NCBI RefSeq assembly: GCF_001548275.1
Contig: NZ_AP014945.1
Span: 1,410,001-1,442,000, forward strand
DNA length: 32,000 bases
DNA from: Caldimicrobium thiodismutans
GTDB taxonomy: Bacteria > Desulfobacterota > Thermodesulfobacteria > Thermodesulfobacteriales > Thermodesulfobacteriaceae
Direction: 5' to 3'
Both the position numbers and the translations under genes were made by a program. Under the pieces are notes generated by a model that saw nothing but the letters and a program-made list of their open reading frames with translations, did no database searches and was not told the origin of the DNA. Shown in pieces: positions 1 to 8,612 of the stretch (positions are counted from its first letter, which is position 1; each line of letters opens with the position of its first letter).

Positions 1-17
1 TTGCGGTATCAATTTAT

Positions 18-695
18 GTGCTCCTTGGAAAAAGAAGAGGGCGAAGGCGCTTTCTCCTTTTCTTAGCCATCTTTTTATACTATCTTTCTACGACCCCATT
101 TTTACCTTATTTTTTACTCAAAAACCTCGAAAAAGATTATCCTATCCCCTCTGAGGAAGAGCTCTCAAAAATAAAAAATTTAGTGGTTCTTACAGGGCGA
201 ATTTATGGAGACCCAGGTCTATCCTTAGAAGAGCGCTTTAGCAGAGAGACTTTAATTCGCTTTCTTGTTGCCCTTGAAATCAAGAAAAAATATCCTGAAA
301 AGAAGTTATGGATAGTAGGGGGCTCTTTTGAAGGAAAGGGGGCTGGATATTTACAAGAGCTTGCTGAGAAATGGGGGGTTAAGGTTGAGGCCTTGGATAC
401 ACCTCTTGACACCTTGAGGAGCGCTAAAGAAGTTAAAAAGATAATCCCTCCAGGGGAACCCTTTTATCTTCTCACTTCTGCCTATCATCTCCCACGGGCT
501 ATCTTTCTCTTTAAAAAGGAAGGACTGAATCCCCTCCCATACCCTACAAATTATAATTATCCCCTCTGTAAGCCCTCTCGTCTCTTTCTTTATATTTTCC
601 CTCATGATCTCTATCTAAATCTCACCAACCTTGCCTTTCAGGAATATCTTGCCCTGACTTATTATAAAATCAAATATTTCATAAAAAGGACTTAA
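18..695 (+). CDS. DUF218 / YdcF (ElyC-SanA)-like protein; possibly 5'-truncated by the window edge
   Basis: The frame is open back to nt 3 and the listed start is GTG. N-terminal hydrophobic segment (FLLFLAIFLYYL). LVVLTGR and LLTSAYHLPRA resemble the DUF218 core motifs. Confidence 0.6.
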   Translation: MLLGKRRGRRRFLLFLAIFLYYLSTTPFLPYFLLKNLEKDYPIPSEEELSKIKNLVVLTGRIYGDPGLSLEERFSRETLIRFLVALEIKKKYPEKKLWIVGGSFEGKGAGYLQELAEKWGVKVEALDTPLDTLRSAKEVKKIIPPGEPFYLLTSAYHLPRAIFLFKKEGLNPLPYPTNYNYPLCKPSRLFLYIFPHDLYLNLTNLAFQEYLALTYYKIKYFIKRT

Positions 696-697
696 AA

Positions 698-1267
698 ATG
701 AAGGACCTTTTGGAAAAAATTAAAATTGAGCATCAAAACACAATCTCTGCCTTTATTGAAAGGGAAGGTGAAAAGTTTCTTCAAGTGGTAGAGCTTACAA
801 AAAGGGTCTTCAAAGACGGGGGAAAACTTCTTATTTTTGGGAATGGGGGGTCAGCAGCGGATGCTCAGCATCTGGCAGGAGAGCTTGTTAATCGTTTTAA
901 GATGGAGAGAGTTCCCCTTCCTGCCATAGCTTTAACTACGGATACTTCGGTTCTTACAGCTATTTCTAATGACTATGACTTTTCTCAGGTCTTTGTGAAG
1001 CAGGTTCAGGCTCTTGGAAAGCCCGGGGACATTGCCTTGGCTATAAGTACCAGTGGAAAATCACCTAATATTATCTCAGCCCTAAAGACAGCAAAGGAGA
1101 TGGGACTTTATACCATTGGGCTCAGTGGTGGAAGTGGGGGGCTTATGCCTCCCTACTGTGATTACCTTATTCTTGTGCCTTCAACAGATACTCCTCGTAT
1201 ACAGGAGGGGCACCTTCTTTTTTTACATATCTATTCTGAACTCTTAGAAAAGGCCCTTTTTGCATAG
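698..1267 (+). CDS. gmhA: SIS-domain phosphoheptose isomerase (D-sedoheptulose-7-phosphate isomerase, GmhA/DiaA family)
   Basis: LLIFGNGGSAADAQHLAGELVNRF and ISTSGKSPNI are typical GmhA/SIS motifs. Length 189 aa. Confidence 0.8.
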   Translation: MKDLLEKIKIEHQNTISAFIEREGEKFLQVVELTKRVFKDGGKLLIFGNGGSAADAQHLAGELVNRFKMERVPLPAIALTTDTSVLTAISNDYDFSQVFVKQVQALGKPGDIALAISTSGKSPNIISALKTAKEMGLYTIGLSGGSGGLMPPYCDYLILVPSTDTPRIQEGHLLFLHIYSELLEKALFA

Positions 1268-1269
1268 GT

Positions 1270-2262
1270 ATGCTTCTTGCCATAGAGACCTCTTGTGATG
1301 AAACAGGGGTAGCTCTATTTTCTGAAGAAGGAACCCTTGTTGAGGATTTCCTTTACTCCCAGGTTGCCCTTCATTCTCCTTATGGTGGAATTGTGCCTGA
1401 GATTGCCAGCAGGAAACAACTTGAGGTTCTTCATCCCCTCGTTAAAAGAGCCCTTGAGGAAAGGGCCTTAAAGCCCTATGATCTTAAAGGAGTTGCAGTA
1501 ACCTTTGGTCCGGGGCTTCTGGGGTCTTTACTGGTAGGAGTAACTTACGCTAAAACCCTTTCTTTAGCCCTTAAAATACCTCTTATTGCTGTTGATCATC
1601 TTTCAGCCCATCTTTTTTCCATCTTTTTAGAAAGAGAGGTATCTTTTCCCTATCTCGGGCTTCTGGTTTCTGGAGGACATACTGCTCTTTTTGTGGTTCA
1701 GGATTTTGATTCTTTAAAACTTATTGGACATACCCGGGATGATGCAGCTGGAGAGGCCTTTGATAAGATTGCCAAACTCCTTGGCCTTCCCTATCCAGGT
1801 GGCCCTGTTATAAGTGAGCTTGCTGAGAAGGGGGATCCTGAGAAATACCCCCTTCCAAGACCCATGCTTGAGGAGGAAAATTTTGATTTCAGTTTTTCTG
1901 GGCTTAAAACTGCTGTTTTCCAACTTTTAAAAAGAGAGGGAAATCTCAGGAATGAGGATCTGTGTGCAAGCTTTCAAAAGGCCCTTTGTGAGGTGCTTGT
2001 TGAGAAAACCTTAAGGGCAGCAAGAGTTCTGGGGATCAAAAGAATTGTTGTGGCAGGAGGGGTTTCTGCCAATACCTATTTGAGAGGTCTTTTTCAGGAA
2101 AGAGCCCAAGAAGAAGAGATTTTTTTTCCCCATCCCAAGTATTGCACAGATAATGCAGCTATGGTGGGTTTTCTTGGATGGATTAAATTTAAGAAAAAAG
2201 ATTTCGCTTCTCTTGATGCTGAGCCCTATTCAAGAGCTCTTTTCAAAAAGTCCAGGCCCTAA
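1270..2262 (+). CDS. tsaD: tRNA N6-adenosine threonylcarbamoyltransferase TsaD (Kae1/Gcp)
   Basis: AIETSCDETGVALF N-terminus, VSGGHTALF and CTDNAAMVG. 330 aa. Confidence 0.9.
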   Translation: MLLAIETSCDETGVALFSEEGTLVEDFLYSQVALHSPYGGIVPEIASRKQLEVLHPLVKRALEERALKPYDLKGVAVTFGPGLLGSLLVGVTYAKTLSLALKIPLIAVDHLSAHLFSIFLEREVSFPYLGLLVSGGHTALFVVQDFDSLKLIGHTRDDAAGEAFDKIAKLLGLPYPGGPVISELAEKGDPEKYPLPRPMLEEENFDFSFSGLKTAVFQLLKREGNLRNEDLCASFQKALCEVLVEKTLRAARVLGIKRIVVAGGVSANTYLRGLFQERAQEEEIFFPHPKYCTDNAAMVGFLGWIKFKKKDFASLDAEPYSRALFKKSRP

Positions 2263-3638
2263 GGAAGATCGTCCTCTTTTAGGCCCAGCTCTTTAAGTTT
2301 TTTCTGGAGATAGGTTCTTTCAAGCCCTATTTCTTTTGCGGTTTGGGTTATATTTCCCCGAAAGGTCTCAAGTTTTCTGCGTAAGAACTCCCTTTCAAAT
2401 AAAGCCTTTGCAGTGCGAAAGTCCTTTGCCATGAACCAAGGTTCCTGATTCTCCTTTAAAATTTTCTTTTTGGTAAGAGTTGACAAAAAGTCCTGGGGAA
2501 GATCATTAAGAGTGATTTCCTCAGAGGTGGTGAGAATAACCAATCTTTCGATAAAGTTTTTGAGCTCTCTAACATTACCTGGCCAGGGATATTTTTTTAT
2601 TAGCTCTTTGACCTCAGGAGAAAGCCTTTTTTTTCCAAGGCCTGTTTTTAAAGCCATTTCCTCAAGGAAGGTCTCACAAAGGGGTTCAATATCTTCAGGT
2701 CTTTCCCTTAGGGGAGGAATATGAATGGGGAAGACCCGCAGTCTAAAGTAAAGATCCTCTCTAAAACGGCCCTTTGCAATCTCCTCTTCAAGATTTTTGT
2801 TCGTTGCCGTAATAATTCTTACATCTACTTCAATGGGTCTTTGCCCACCTAATCTTTCTATCTTTTTTTCCTGAAGAACTCTTAAGACTTTGGCCTGGGC
2901 AGAGAGATTCATATCTCCGATTTCATCAAGAAAGATAGTGCCTCCATGAGCCACTTCAAATTTGCCTTTTTTTGGACTTCTGGCATCTGTGAAAGCCCCT
3001 TTTTCAAATCCAAAAAGTTCAGCTTCAATAAGAGTTTCCGGAATACTTGCACAATTAACCTCTATAAAGGGACCTTCTGCTCTTTTAGAATGAAGGTGAA
3101 TAAGTTTAGCTACCACCTCTTTTCCTACCCCTGACTCACCTGTAATGAGAACAGTTGTATCTGTCTGAGCGACCCGTTGAATAAGATCTCTTATTTCAGA
3201 AATAGCCTTGGATCGACCTGTAAGTTGAACCTGTGCATAGATTTGAGCCTTCAGCCGCTTATTTTCTTCTTCAAGTCTTACAAATTTGAGGGCATTTTCT
3301 AAGGAAACGAGAATCCTCTCATAGGAGAGGGGCTTTTCTATAAAATCAAAGGCTCCCATTTTGAGAGCCTTTACCGCAGTTTCAATTGTGCCGTGCCCTG
3401 AGATGATAATAACTGGAAGTAGTGCATTATGTTCTTTAATCTTTGCTAAGACCTCAAGGCCCTCCATGTCTTTAAGCCAGAGGTCAAGAAAAACTGCCTG
3501 AGGAGTGCGCTGAGAAAGTCTTTCCAGGGCAGATTTTGCCAGTGCAAAGGTCTCAACCTGATAACCCTCATCCTGCAGAATCCCCCCAAGGGTCTCAAGT
3601 ATGCCCTTTTCGTCATCAATTACCCAGATCTCACCCAT
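2259..3638 (-). CDS. Sigma-54-dependent response regulator (NtrC/AtoC family: REC + AAA+ + Fis-type HTH)
   Basis: REC domain (VFLDLWLKDM). Walker A GESGVGKE. ELFGFEKGAFTDA, a variant of the GAFTGA loop. GGTIFLDEIGDM, WPGNVRELKN. C-terminal HTH GNITQTAKEIGLERTYLQKKL. Confidence 0.9.
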   Translation of the reverse strand: MGEIWVIDDEKGILETLGGILQDEGYQVETFALAKSALERLSQRTPQAVFLDLWLKDMEGLEVLAKIKEHNALLPVIIISGHGTIETAVKALKMGAFDFIEKPLSYERILVSLENALKFVRLEEENKRLKAQIYAQVQLTGRSKAISEIRDLIQRVAQTDTTVLITGESGVGKEVVAKLIHLHSKRAEGPFIEVNCASIPETLIEAELFGFEKGAFTDARSPKKGKFEVAHGGTIFLDEIGDMNLSAQAKVLRVLQEKKIERLGGQRPIEVDVRIITATNKNLEEEIAKGRFREDLYFRLRVFPIHIPPLRERPEDIEPLCETFLEEMALKTGLGKKRLSPEVKELIKKYPWPGNVRELKNFIERLVILTTSEEITLNDLPQDFLSTLTKKKILKENQEPWFMAKDFRTAKALFEREFLRRKLETFRGNITQTAKEIGLERTYLQKKLKELGLKEDDLP

Positions 3639-3778
3639 CTTCTATAATAGTATAATTTTAAATTTTCTATTTTCCACCTCAGAAGTTTACTCATAAAAGG
3701 GCTATAAACTTCATCTTTTATTTTAATTTTTTCTTGATACAATATATATAGATTGATTGCGCTTAGAGGGAGGCTTTT

Positions 3779-4180
3779 ATGAATACTAATTTTAGTCCCA
3801 AGGAATTAACAGAAGCTGTAAGAGACATTTTTAGCGGGACCTTAGGGTATGAAATCAAGGAAAAAATTAGTTCTGAGATAATGGAGACCCTTGAGAAAAG
3901 ATTATCTGAACTTATGGAGAAAAAACTGAGATTAAATGAAGAGCGACTGAAGGTGTCAACTCTCCTTGAGAGAATTATTCGTGTGGAAGAGGAATTAAAG
4001 GCTTTAAGGGAGCTTGAAGAAAAGAGATTTGAAAGTTTGATGAGAGAGATGAATGCAAGATTTGAGGCTATGAATGTTAGATTTGAATCCCTTGAAAAGC
4101 GTATGAATTTTATGCAATGGTTGATAACAGCTGGCTTTGCCTTCTTAGGTGTCCTTTTAGCTCGACTCAAATTTTTATAA
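3779..4180 (+). CDS. Tail-anchored coiled-coil protein, short paralog (2 MNxRFEx heptads + C-terminal TM)
   Basis: SD GAGGGAGG lies 6-7 nt upstream of the ATG. Heptad-rich sequence ends in LEKRMNFMQWLITAGFAFLGVLLARLKFL. Homologous over its whole length to ORF 30512..31198. Confidence 0.75.
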   Translation: MNTNFSPKELTEAVRDIFSGTLGYEIKEKISSEIMETLEKRLSELMEKKLRLNEERLKVSTLLERIIRVEEELKALRELEEKRFESLMREMNARFEAMNVRFESLEKRMNFMQWLITAGFAFLGVLLARLKFL

Positions 4181-4298
4181 AGCTCTTCTATCGTTATAAT
4201 TCCTGAATTAAATCCCTTTCTGCATACACAATAATTCTTTACTTTAAAAAACTTATTTAAAATACAAGAGGCTTAAAAGGACTGAATGCAAACCCTTT

Positions 4299-4510
4299 TT
4301 TTGCATAGTTTCAGATCCTTACAAGAAAAAGGGTGGTAAAAGGTGAGAGAGGTGAAAATGTGAGAGGTGAGAGGAGGGGAAGCCCCTTGCGTGCCTGCCC
4401 CGTGTAGGGGTTCAAGATTTTGAACCCCTACATTGATGTAAAAAACACATAACAGGCAAACACATAGATTTTCCAAATGAGGACAAACACATAGGTTTGC
4501 CCCTACAAAA
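4299..4510. repeat. Copy A of a modular ~200-nt intergenic repeat element
   Basis: Shares these blocks with 11212..11401 in the same order and orientation: TTTTGCATA, GGTGGTAAAA(A)GGT, GAGAGGT(G/A)AGAGG purine tract, CTGCCCCGT, and the exact 19-mer ATAACAGGCAAACACATAG followed by GTTTG. Confidence 0.7.
4404..4431. other. Perfect hairpin (12-bp stem, 4-nt loop) inserted in repeat copy A
   Basis: GTAGGGGTTCAA-GATT-TTGAACCCCTAC read directly from the sequence. Absent from copy B. No U-tract follows on either strand. Confidence 0.9.
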
Positions 4511-4644
4511 TACAGGTTCATTTTCCTACAACCGAAGTAGGAGAAAATCTCCTTAAGTCTCAAAAGATATGAACTTATACAGTGCTTTGAAAAAGGAACT
4601 TTTGATTTAAAATTAATACAAAAAACTTTCCAGGGAGGAGAGAG

Positions 4645-6006
4645 ATGGAACATGTTTTTGATAAGCTTAAAGCAGAAGAAATAAAGGAGCTTGAGGGTCT
4701 TATTAAGAAATATCTTGATTTTTTATCCGAGATTAAGACAGAAAGAGAGTGTGTAGAGCAATTTAAAGAGGATTTGCTAAAAAAGGGGTTTCAAGAAAAA
4801 GCTCGGGATAAAGGCTTTTTTACCTATAGAAATAAGTTCCTTGCCTGCTGGAGAAGAGGTAAAAGACCACTTCAAGAAGGGTTAAAACTTATTATAAGTC
4901 ATATTGATACCCCGAGACTTGATTTAAAACTTCATCCCCTTTTTGAAGATCAGGACCTGGCATTTTTAAAGACCCACTATTATGGCGGAATAAAAAAATA
5001 TCATTGGGTAGCTATGCCTCTGGCTTTACATGGAGTGGTAGTAAAAAAGGATGGCTCAATAATTAATCTCGTGCTTGGAGAAAGGGAAGATGAGCCTTTG
5101 TTTACAATCTGTGATCTTCTGCCTCATCTGGGAAGAAAAAAACAAGAAGAAAAAAGGCTGGCTGAAGCTATCCCTGCTGAAAATTTAAATATACTCATAG
5201 GTGGAATTCCTATAGAAAAGAGCGGAAAGGGAAAAAAGGAGGAAAAAGAGCGTATTAAAAAAAGAATTTTAAAGCTTTTTGAGGAAAAATATGGTATAAG
5301 CGAGGAAGACTTCTTTTCAGCAGAGATTTTTGCTGTTCCTGCAGGAAGGGCAAGATTGGTTGGTTTGGATTCAGCCTTTGTGGGAGGCTACGGTCAGGAT
5401 GATCGCATCTGTGCCTTTACAAGTTTTCAAGCTCTGTTATCCATAGAAAAACCTTTATATACCACCCTTGTCCTCTTTATGGATAGGGAGGAAATAGGCT
5501 CAGAGGGAAATACCAGTGCCAAAAGTCGGATCTTTGAGAGCTTGGTCTATGAACTCATGAAAGCTGAAGAGTTATCCCCAACTCCAGATGTCTTTTTTGA
5601 AATTATGTCTAAAACTAAGGCCCTCTCAGCGGATGTTACCGCAGGGATTGATCCCAATTATCTTGAGGTTCACGACAAACTCAATGATGCCAAGCTTGGT
5701 TACGGGGTGGTTATAAGCCGTTACACTGGACATGGCGGTAAATATATGGCTAATGAAGCCCATGCTGAATATATAAGTTACCTGAGGTCCCTTTTTGAAA
5801 AGGAGGGGGTAGTCTACCAAGTGGCTTCTATGGGTAAAGTTGATGAAGGAGGAGGGGGAACAGTCTCCAAATATTTTGCCTCCTACGGGATGGATGTTGT
5901 TGATATAGGCCCACCACTTCTTTCCATGCACTCACCCTTTGAGATTGCCCACAAAGGAGACCTCTATATGACCTATCGGGCCTTTAAGGCCTTTTTGAAA
6001 GGTTAA
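4645..6006 (+). CDS. M18-family zinc aminopeptidase (aminopeptidase 1 / ApeA-like)
   Basis: SD GGGAGGAG upstream. KTERE near the N-terminus. ISHIDTPRLDLK, DREEIGSEG and SMHSPFE are typical M18 metal-ligand regions. 453 aa. Confidence 0.8.
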   Translation: MEHVFDKLKAEEIKELEGLIKKYLDFLSEIKTERECVEQFKEDLLKKGFQEKARDKGFFTYRNKFLACWRRGKRPLQEGLKLIISHIDTPRLDLKLHPLFEDQDLAFLKTHYYGGIKKYHWVAMPLALHGVVVKKDGSIINLVLGEREDEPLFTICDLLPHLGRKKQEEKRLAEAIPAENLNILIGGIPIEKSGKGKKEEKERIKKRILKLFEEKYGISEEDFFSAEIFAVPAGRARLVGLDSAFVGGYGQDDRICAFTSFQALLSIEKPLYTTLVLFMDREEIGSEGNTSAKSRIFESLVYELMKAEELSPTPDVFFEIMSKTKALSADVTAGIDPNYLEVHDKLNDAKLGYGVVISRYTGHGGKYMANEAHAEYISYLRSLFEKEGVVYQVASMGKVDEGGGGTVSKYFASYGMDVVDIGPPLLSMHSPFEIAHKGDLYMTYRAFKAFLKG

Positions 6007-6008
6007 AA

Positions 6009-6791
6009 ATGGCCCTTCAAAAGGGTGATCTCGTTATACTTCAGAAAGGCTCGAAGAAGTATCTTTTGATTATAAAAGAGGAAATCTTTCATACCCATGC
6101 TGGTTATCTTGACCTTTCTCAAATAGAGGGCAAGGAATATGGAGATTACATCCTTTCCTCTAAAGGAGTGCCCTTTTATATTTTAAAACCCACTATTTTT
6201 GATCTTCTGATGAAAATAAAAAGGCAGACCCAGATTATTTATCCCAAGGACATTGGTTATATCCTTCTTAAATTGGATATAGTTGAGGGGAAGACTGTCC
6301 TTGAATGCGGGTGTGGTTCAGGGGCTCTTACCACAGCTTTAGCCTATTTTGTTGGTAAAACCGGAAGGGTTATATCCTATGAAAAGAAAGAGTCCTTTGT
6401 TGAGATTGCAAGGACAAATCTCAAAAGATTTAATCTTGAGGAAAGAGTTGTATTTAAGCTGAAGGAGGTAGAAGAGGCCTTTGATGAAGAGGAAGAGGTG
6501 GATGCCCTTTTTCTGGATGTGCGGGAACCTGAAAGACTCCTCTTTCCAGCTTATAGGGCCCTTAAAGGAGGACATCCCCTTGGAATATTGGTTCCAACCA
6601 CAAATCAGGTAACTTCGGTCTTAAAGGGTCTTGAGGCTCTCCCTTTTGTAGACATAGAAGTTATTGAGATTTTCCTTAGACCATATAAATTAAATCCTGA
6701 GAGATTTCGGCCCGAGGATCTTATGGTTGCTCACACAGGCTATCTCATCTTTACTAAAAAGGTTAAGGTGAAAGATGGCAATGAAGATTGA
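6009..6791 (+). CDS. trmI: tRNA (adenine-N1)-methyltransferase TrmI/Gcd14 family (SAM-dependent)
   Basis: N-terminal beta domain followed by the SAM motif VLECGCGSGALTTALAYFVG and FLDVREP. 260 aa. Confidence 0.75.
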   Translation: MALQKGDLVILQKGSKKYLLIIKEEIFHTHAGYLDLSQIEGKEYGDYILSSKGVPFYILKPTIFDLLMKIKRQTQIIYPKDIGYILLKLDIVEGKTVLECGCGSGALTTALAYFVGKTGRVISYEKKESFVEIARTNLKRFNLEERVVFKLKEVEEAFDEEEEVDALFLDVREPERLLFPAYRALKGGHPLGILVPTTNQVTSVLKGLEALPFVDIEVIEIFLRPYKLNPERFRPEDLMVAHTGYLIFTKKVKVKDGNED

Positions 6792-7965
6792 GTATCTTGG
6801 AATAAAGTCTTTTCCGAGAGCCCTGGACAGAGGACTCAAGCAAAAAATCTTGAAGGCTTTTGAAATTTTAAATCTTCCTGCAAGGAATTTAACCCTTGTC
6901 TTCACAAATGATGTCGTAATAAGGGATTACAATCTTCAGTTTTTAAAGAGAGATTATCCAACGAATGTAATTTCTTTTAAAGGGGAAATGCCTGGTTATC
7001 TGGGGGATATTATAATCTCTGTTGAGAGGGCAAAGATTGAGGCCAAAACCTATGATCTCCCCCTGGAGGACTATCTTTTAATCCTTGCTCTGCACGGCCT
7101 TCTCCATCTTTTGGACTATGATCATGAGAAGGGTCTTTATAGCCCTTGGCTTATGCTTAAAAATGAAATAAAATTAGCTAAATATTTGTGTGAAAAAAAG
7201 GAAGAGATAGTTAGATTTTTGATGAGGAGGGAATATATGCCAGCCAAACTTGCCGTAAATGTAGATCATGTAGCCACCATTAGAGAAGCAAGAAAGACCT
7301 ATTATCCTGATCCTGTGCATGCAGCAGTTCTTGCTGAGCTTGGAGGGGCTGATGGAATAGTTGTGCACCTTAGGCTTGACAGAAGACATATTAAGGAAAG
7401 AGATGTTAGAATCATAAAAGAAATTATAAAAACCAAGCTTATTCTTGAGATGGCCATAGATAAAGATCTTGTGAAATTTGCAAAGGAGGTTAAACCCTAT
7501 CAGGTGACTCTTGTTCCAGAGAGAGTGGAAGAGGTTACCACTGAAGGAGGGATGGAACTTGAGGGTAGGGTAGAGGAGGTCAAAAAAGTAGTAAAAGAAC
7601 TCAATAAAGCAGGCATCAAGGTCAGTCTTTTTTTAAATCCCGATGAAAAAGCCTTAGAGCTTGGCCAAAAAACAGGGGCCCAAATTGTTGAGCTTCATAC
7701 AGGAATGTATGCTGAGGCTGAAGATGAAGAAAAGAGAATGGTTGAGTTTGAAAGACTTGAACGAGCTGCTCATCTTGCAAAAGACTTAGGATTTATAGTG
7801 CATGCTGGACACGGACTCAATTACGAAAATATAGGGCCAGTTGCAGCTATTCCTGAGATTGAAGAGTTTAGTATCGGCCATAGCATCATTGGAAGAGCTA
7901 TTTTTGTGGGTATGAAAGAGGCTGTTAAAGAAATGAAGAACCTAATTCTTAGGGCAAGAGGTTAA
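6775..7965 (+). CDS. ybeY-pdxJ: Single ORF fusing YbeY (rRNA maturation RNase, aa 1-~150) to PdxJ (pyridoxine 5'-phosphate synthase, aa 155-396)
   Basis: YbeY metal motif HGLLHLLDYDHE. PdxJ motifs LAVNVDHVATIREAR, VHLRLDRRHI, VELHTG and HAGHGLNY. No in-frame stop between them. An internal SD AGGAGGG (7225-7231) precedes ATG 7237. Confidence 0.8.
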   Translation: MAMKIEYLGIKSFPRALDRGLKQKILKAFEILNLPARNLTLVFTNDVVIRDYNLQFLKRDYPTNVISFKGEMPGYLGDIIISVERAKIEAKTYDLPLEDYLLILALHGLLHLLDYDHEKGLYSPWLMLKNEIKLAKYLCEKKEEIVRFLMRREYMPAKLAVNVDHVATIREARKTYYPDPVHAAVLAELGGADGIVVHLRLDRRHIKERDVRIIKEIIKTKLILEMAIDKDLVKFAKEVKPYQVTLVPERVEEVTTEGGMELEGRVEEVKKVVKELNKAGIKVSLFLNPDEKALELGQKTGAQIVELHTGMYAEAEDEEKRMVEFERLERAAHLAKDLGFIVHAGHGLNYENIGPVAAIPEIEEFSIGHSIIGRAIFVGMKEAVKEMKNLILRARG

Positions 7966-7967
7966 GT

Positions 7968-8612
7968 ATGAAAATAGAGACCTTCATTGTTGGTCCCCTT
8001 CAGGTCTGCTGTTATCTCCTTTATGACGAAAATACCAGAGAAGGAGTGGTGATTGATCCAGGAGATAGCGATCCAAGAATTATTAAATCCCTTTCCGAGC
8101 TAAATCTGAAAATTAAATACATCCTTGGAACCCATGGACATCCCGATCATATTTTAGGAGCAAGCTTTTTACGAGAGACCTTAAAAGCACCTTTCCTTTT
8201 GCATAAGGAAGATGATAAATTTTTTCAGGATCCTGAGAACTTTTTTACCTTTAAGGTCTGGGGCTTTCCAGAAAATCCAAGAGCTGATGGTATTTTTGAG
8301 GATGGAGAGATTTTAAGTTTCGGAGACTGTAATCTTAAAGTAATTCATACACCAGGGCACTCACCAGGATCTGTCTGTTTCTATGAGGAGAAAAGGGGGG
8401 TTCTTTTTTCCGGGGATACTCTCTTTGTTGAGGCTATTGGCAGAGCAGATTTACCAGGGGGTTCTTATAAACTCATGATGAAATCAATCAAAGAAAAACT
8501 TTTGATTTTGCCGGATGAAACTGAGGTTTATCCTGGGCACGACTACGGGCCAAGACCAGTGTCAACCATTGGTCATGAAAAAAGATTTAATCCCTTTATA
8601 AATGAGGGTTAG
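7968..8612 (+). CDS. MBL-fold metallo-hydrolase (glyoxalase II-like)
   Basis: GTHGHPDHILG (HxHxDH motif) and HTPGHSPGS. 214 aa. Confidence 0.8.
   Translation: MKIETFIVGPLQVCCYLLYDENTREGVVIDPGDSDPRIIKSLSELNLKIKYILGTHGHPDHILGASFLRETLKAPFLLHKEDDKFFQDPENFFTFKVWGFPENPRADGIFEDGEILSFGDCNLKVIHTPGHSPGSVCFYEEKRGVLFSGDTLFVEAIGRADLPGGSYKLMMKSIKEKLLILPDETEVYPGHDYGPRPVSTIGHEKRFNPFINEG

Noticed and set aside
4404-4431. Perfect 12-bp hairpin as a rho-independent terminator, or as a tRNA T-arm (GGTTCAAG...)
   Set aside because: No U-tract follows on either strand. A 12-bp stem with a 4-nt loop is incompatible with a tRNA T-arm, and no acceptor or anticodon arms are present nearby.
4273-4653. 126-aa minus-strand ORF spanning repeat element copy A
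   Set aside because: Cys-rich, low-complexity, implausible protein. It overlaps the aminopeptidase start and has no SD. The equivalent region of copy B is not open in that frame.
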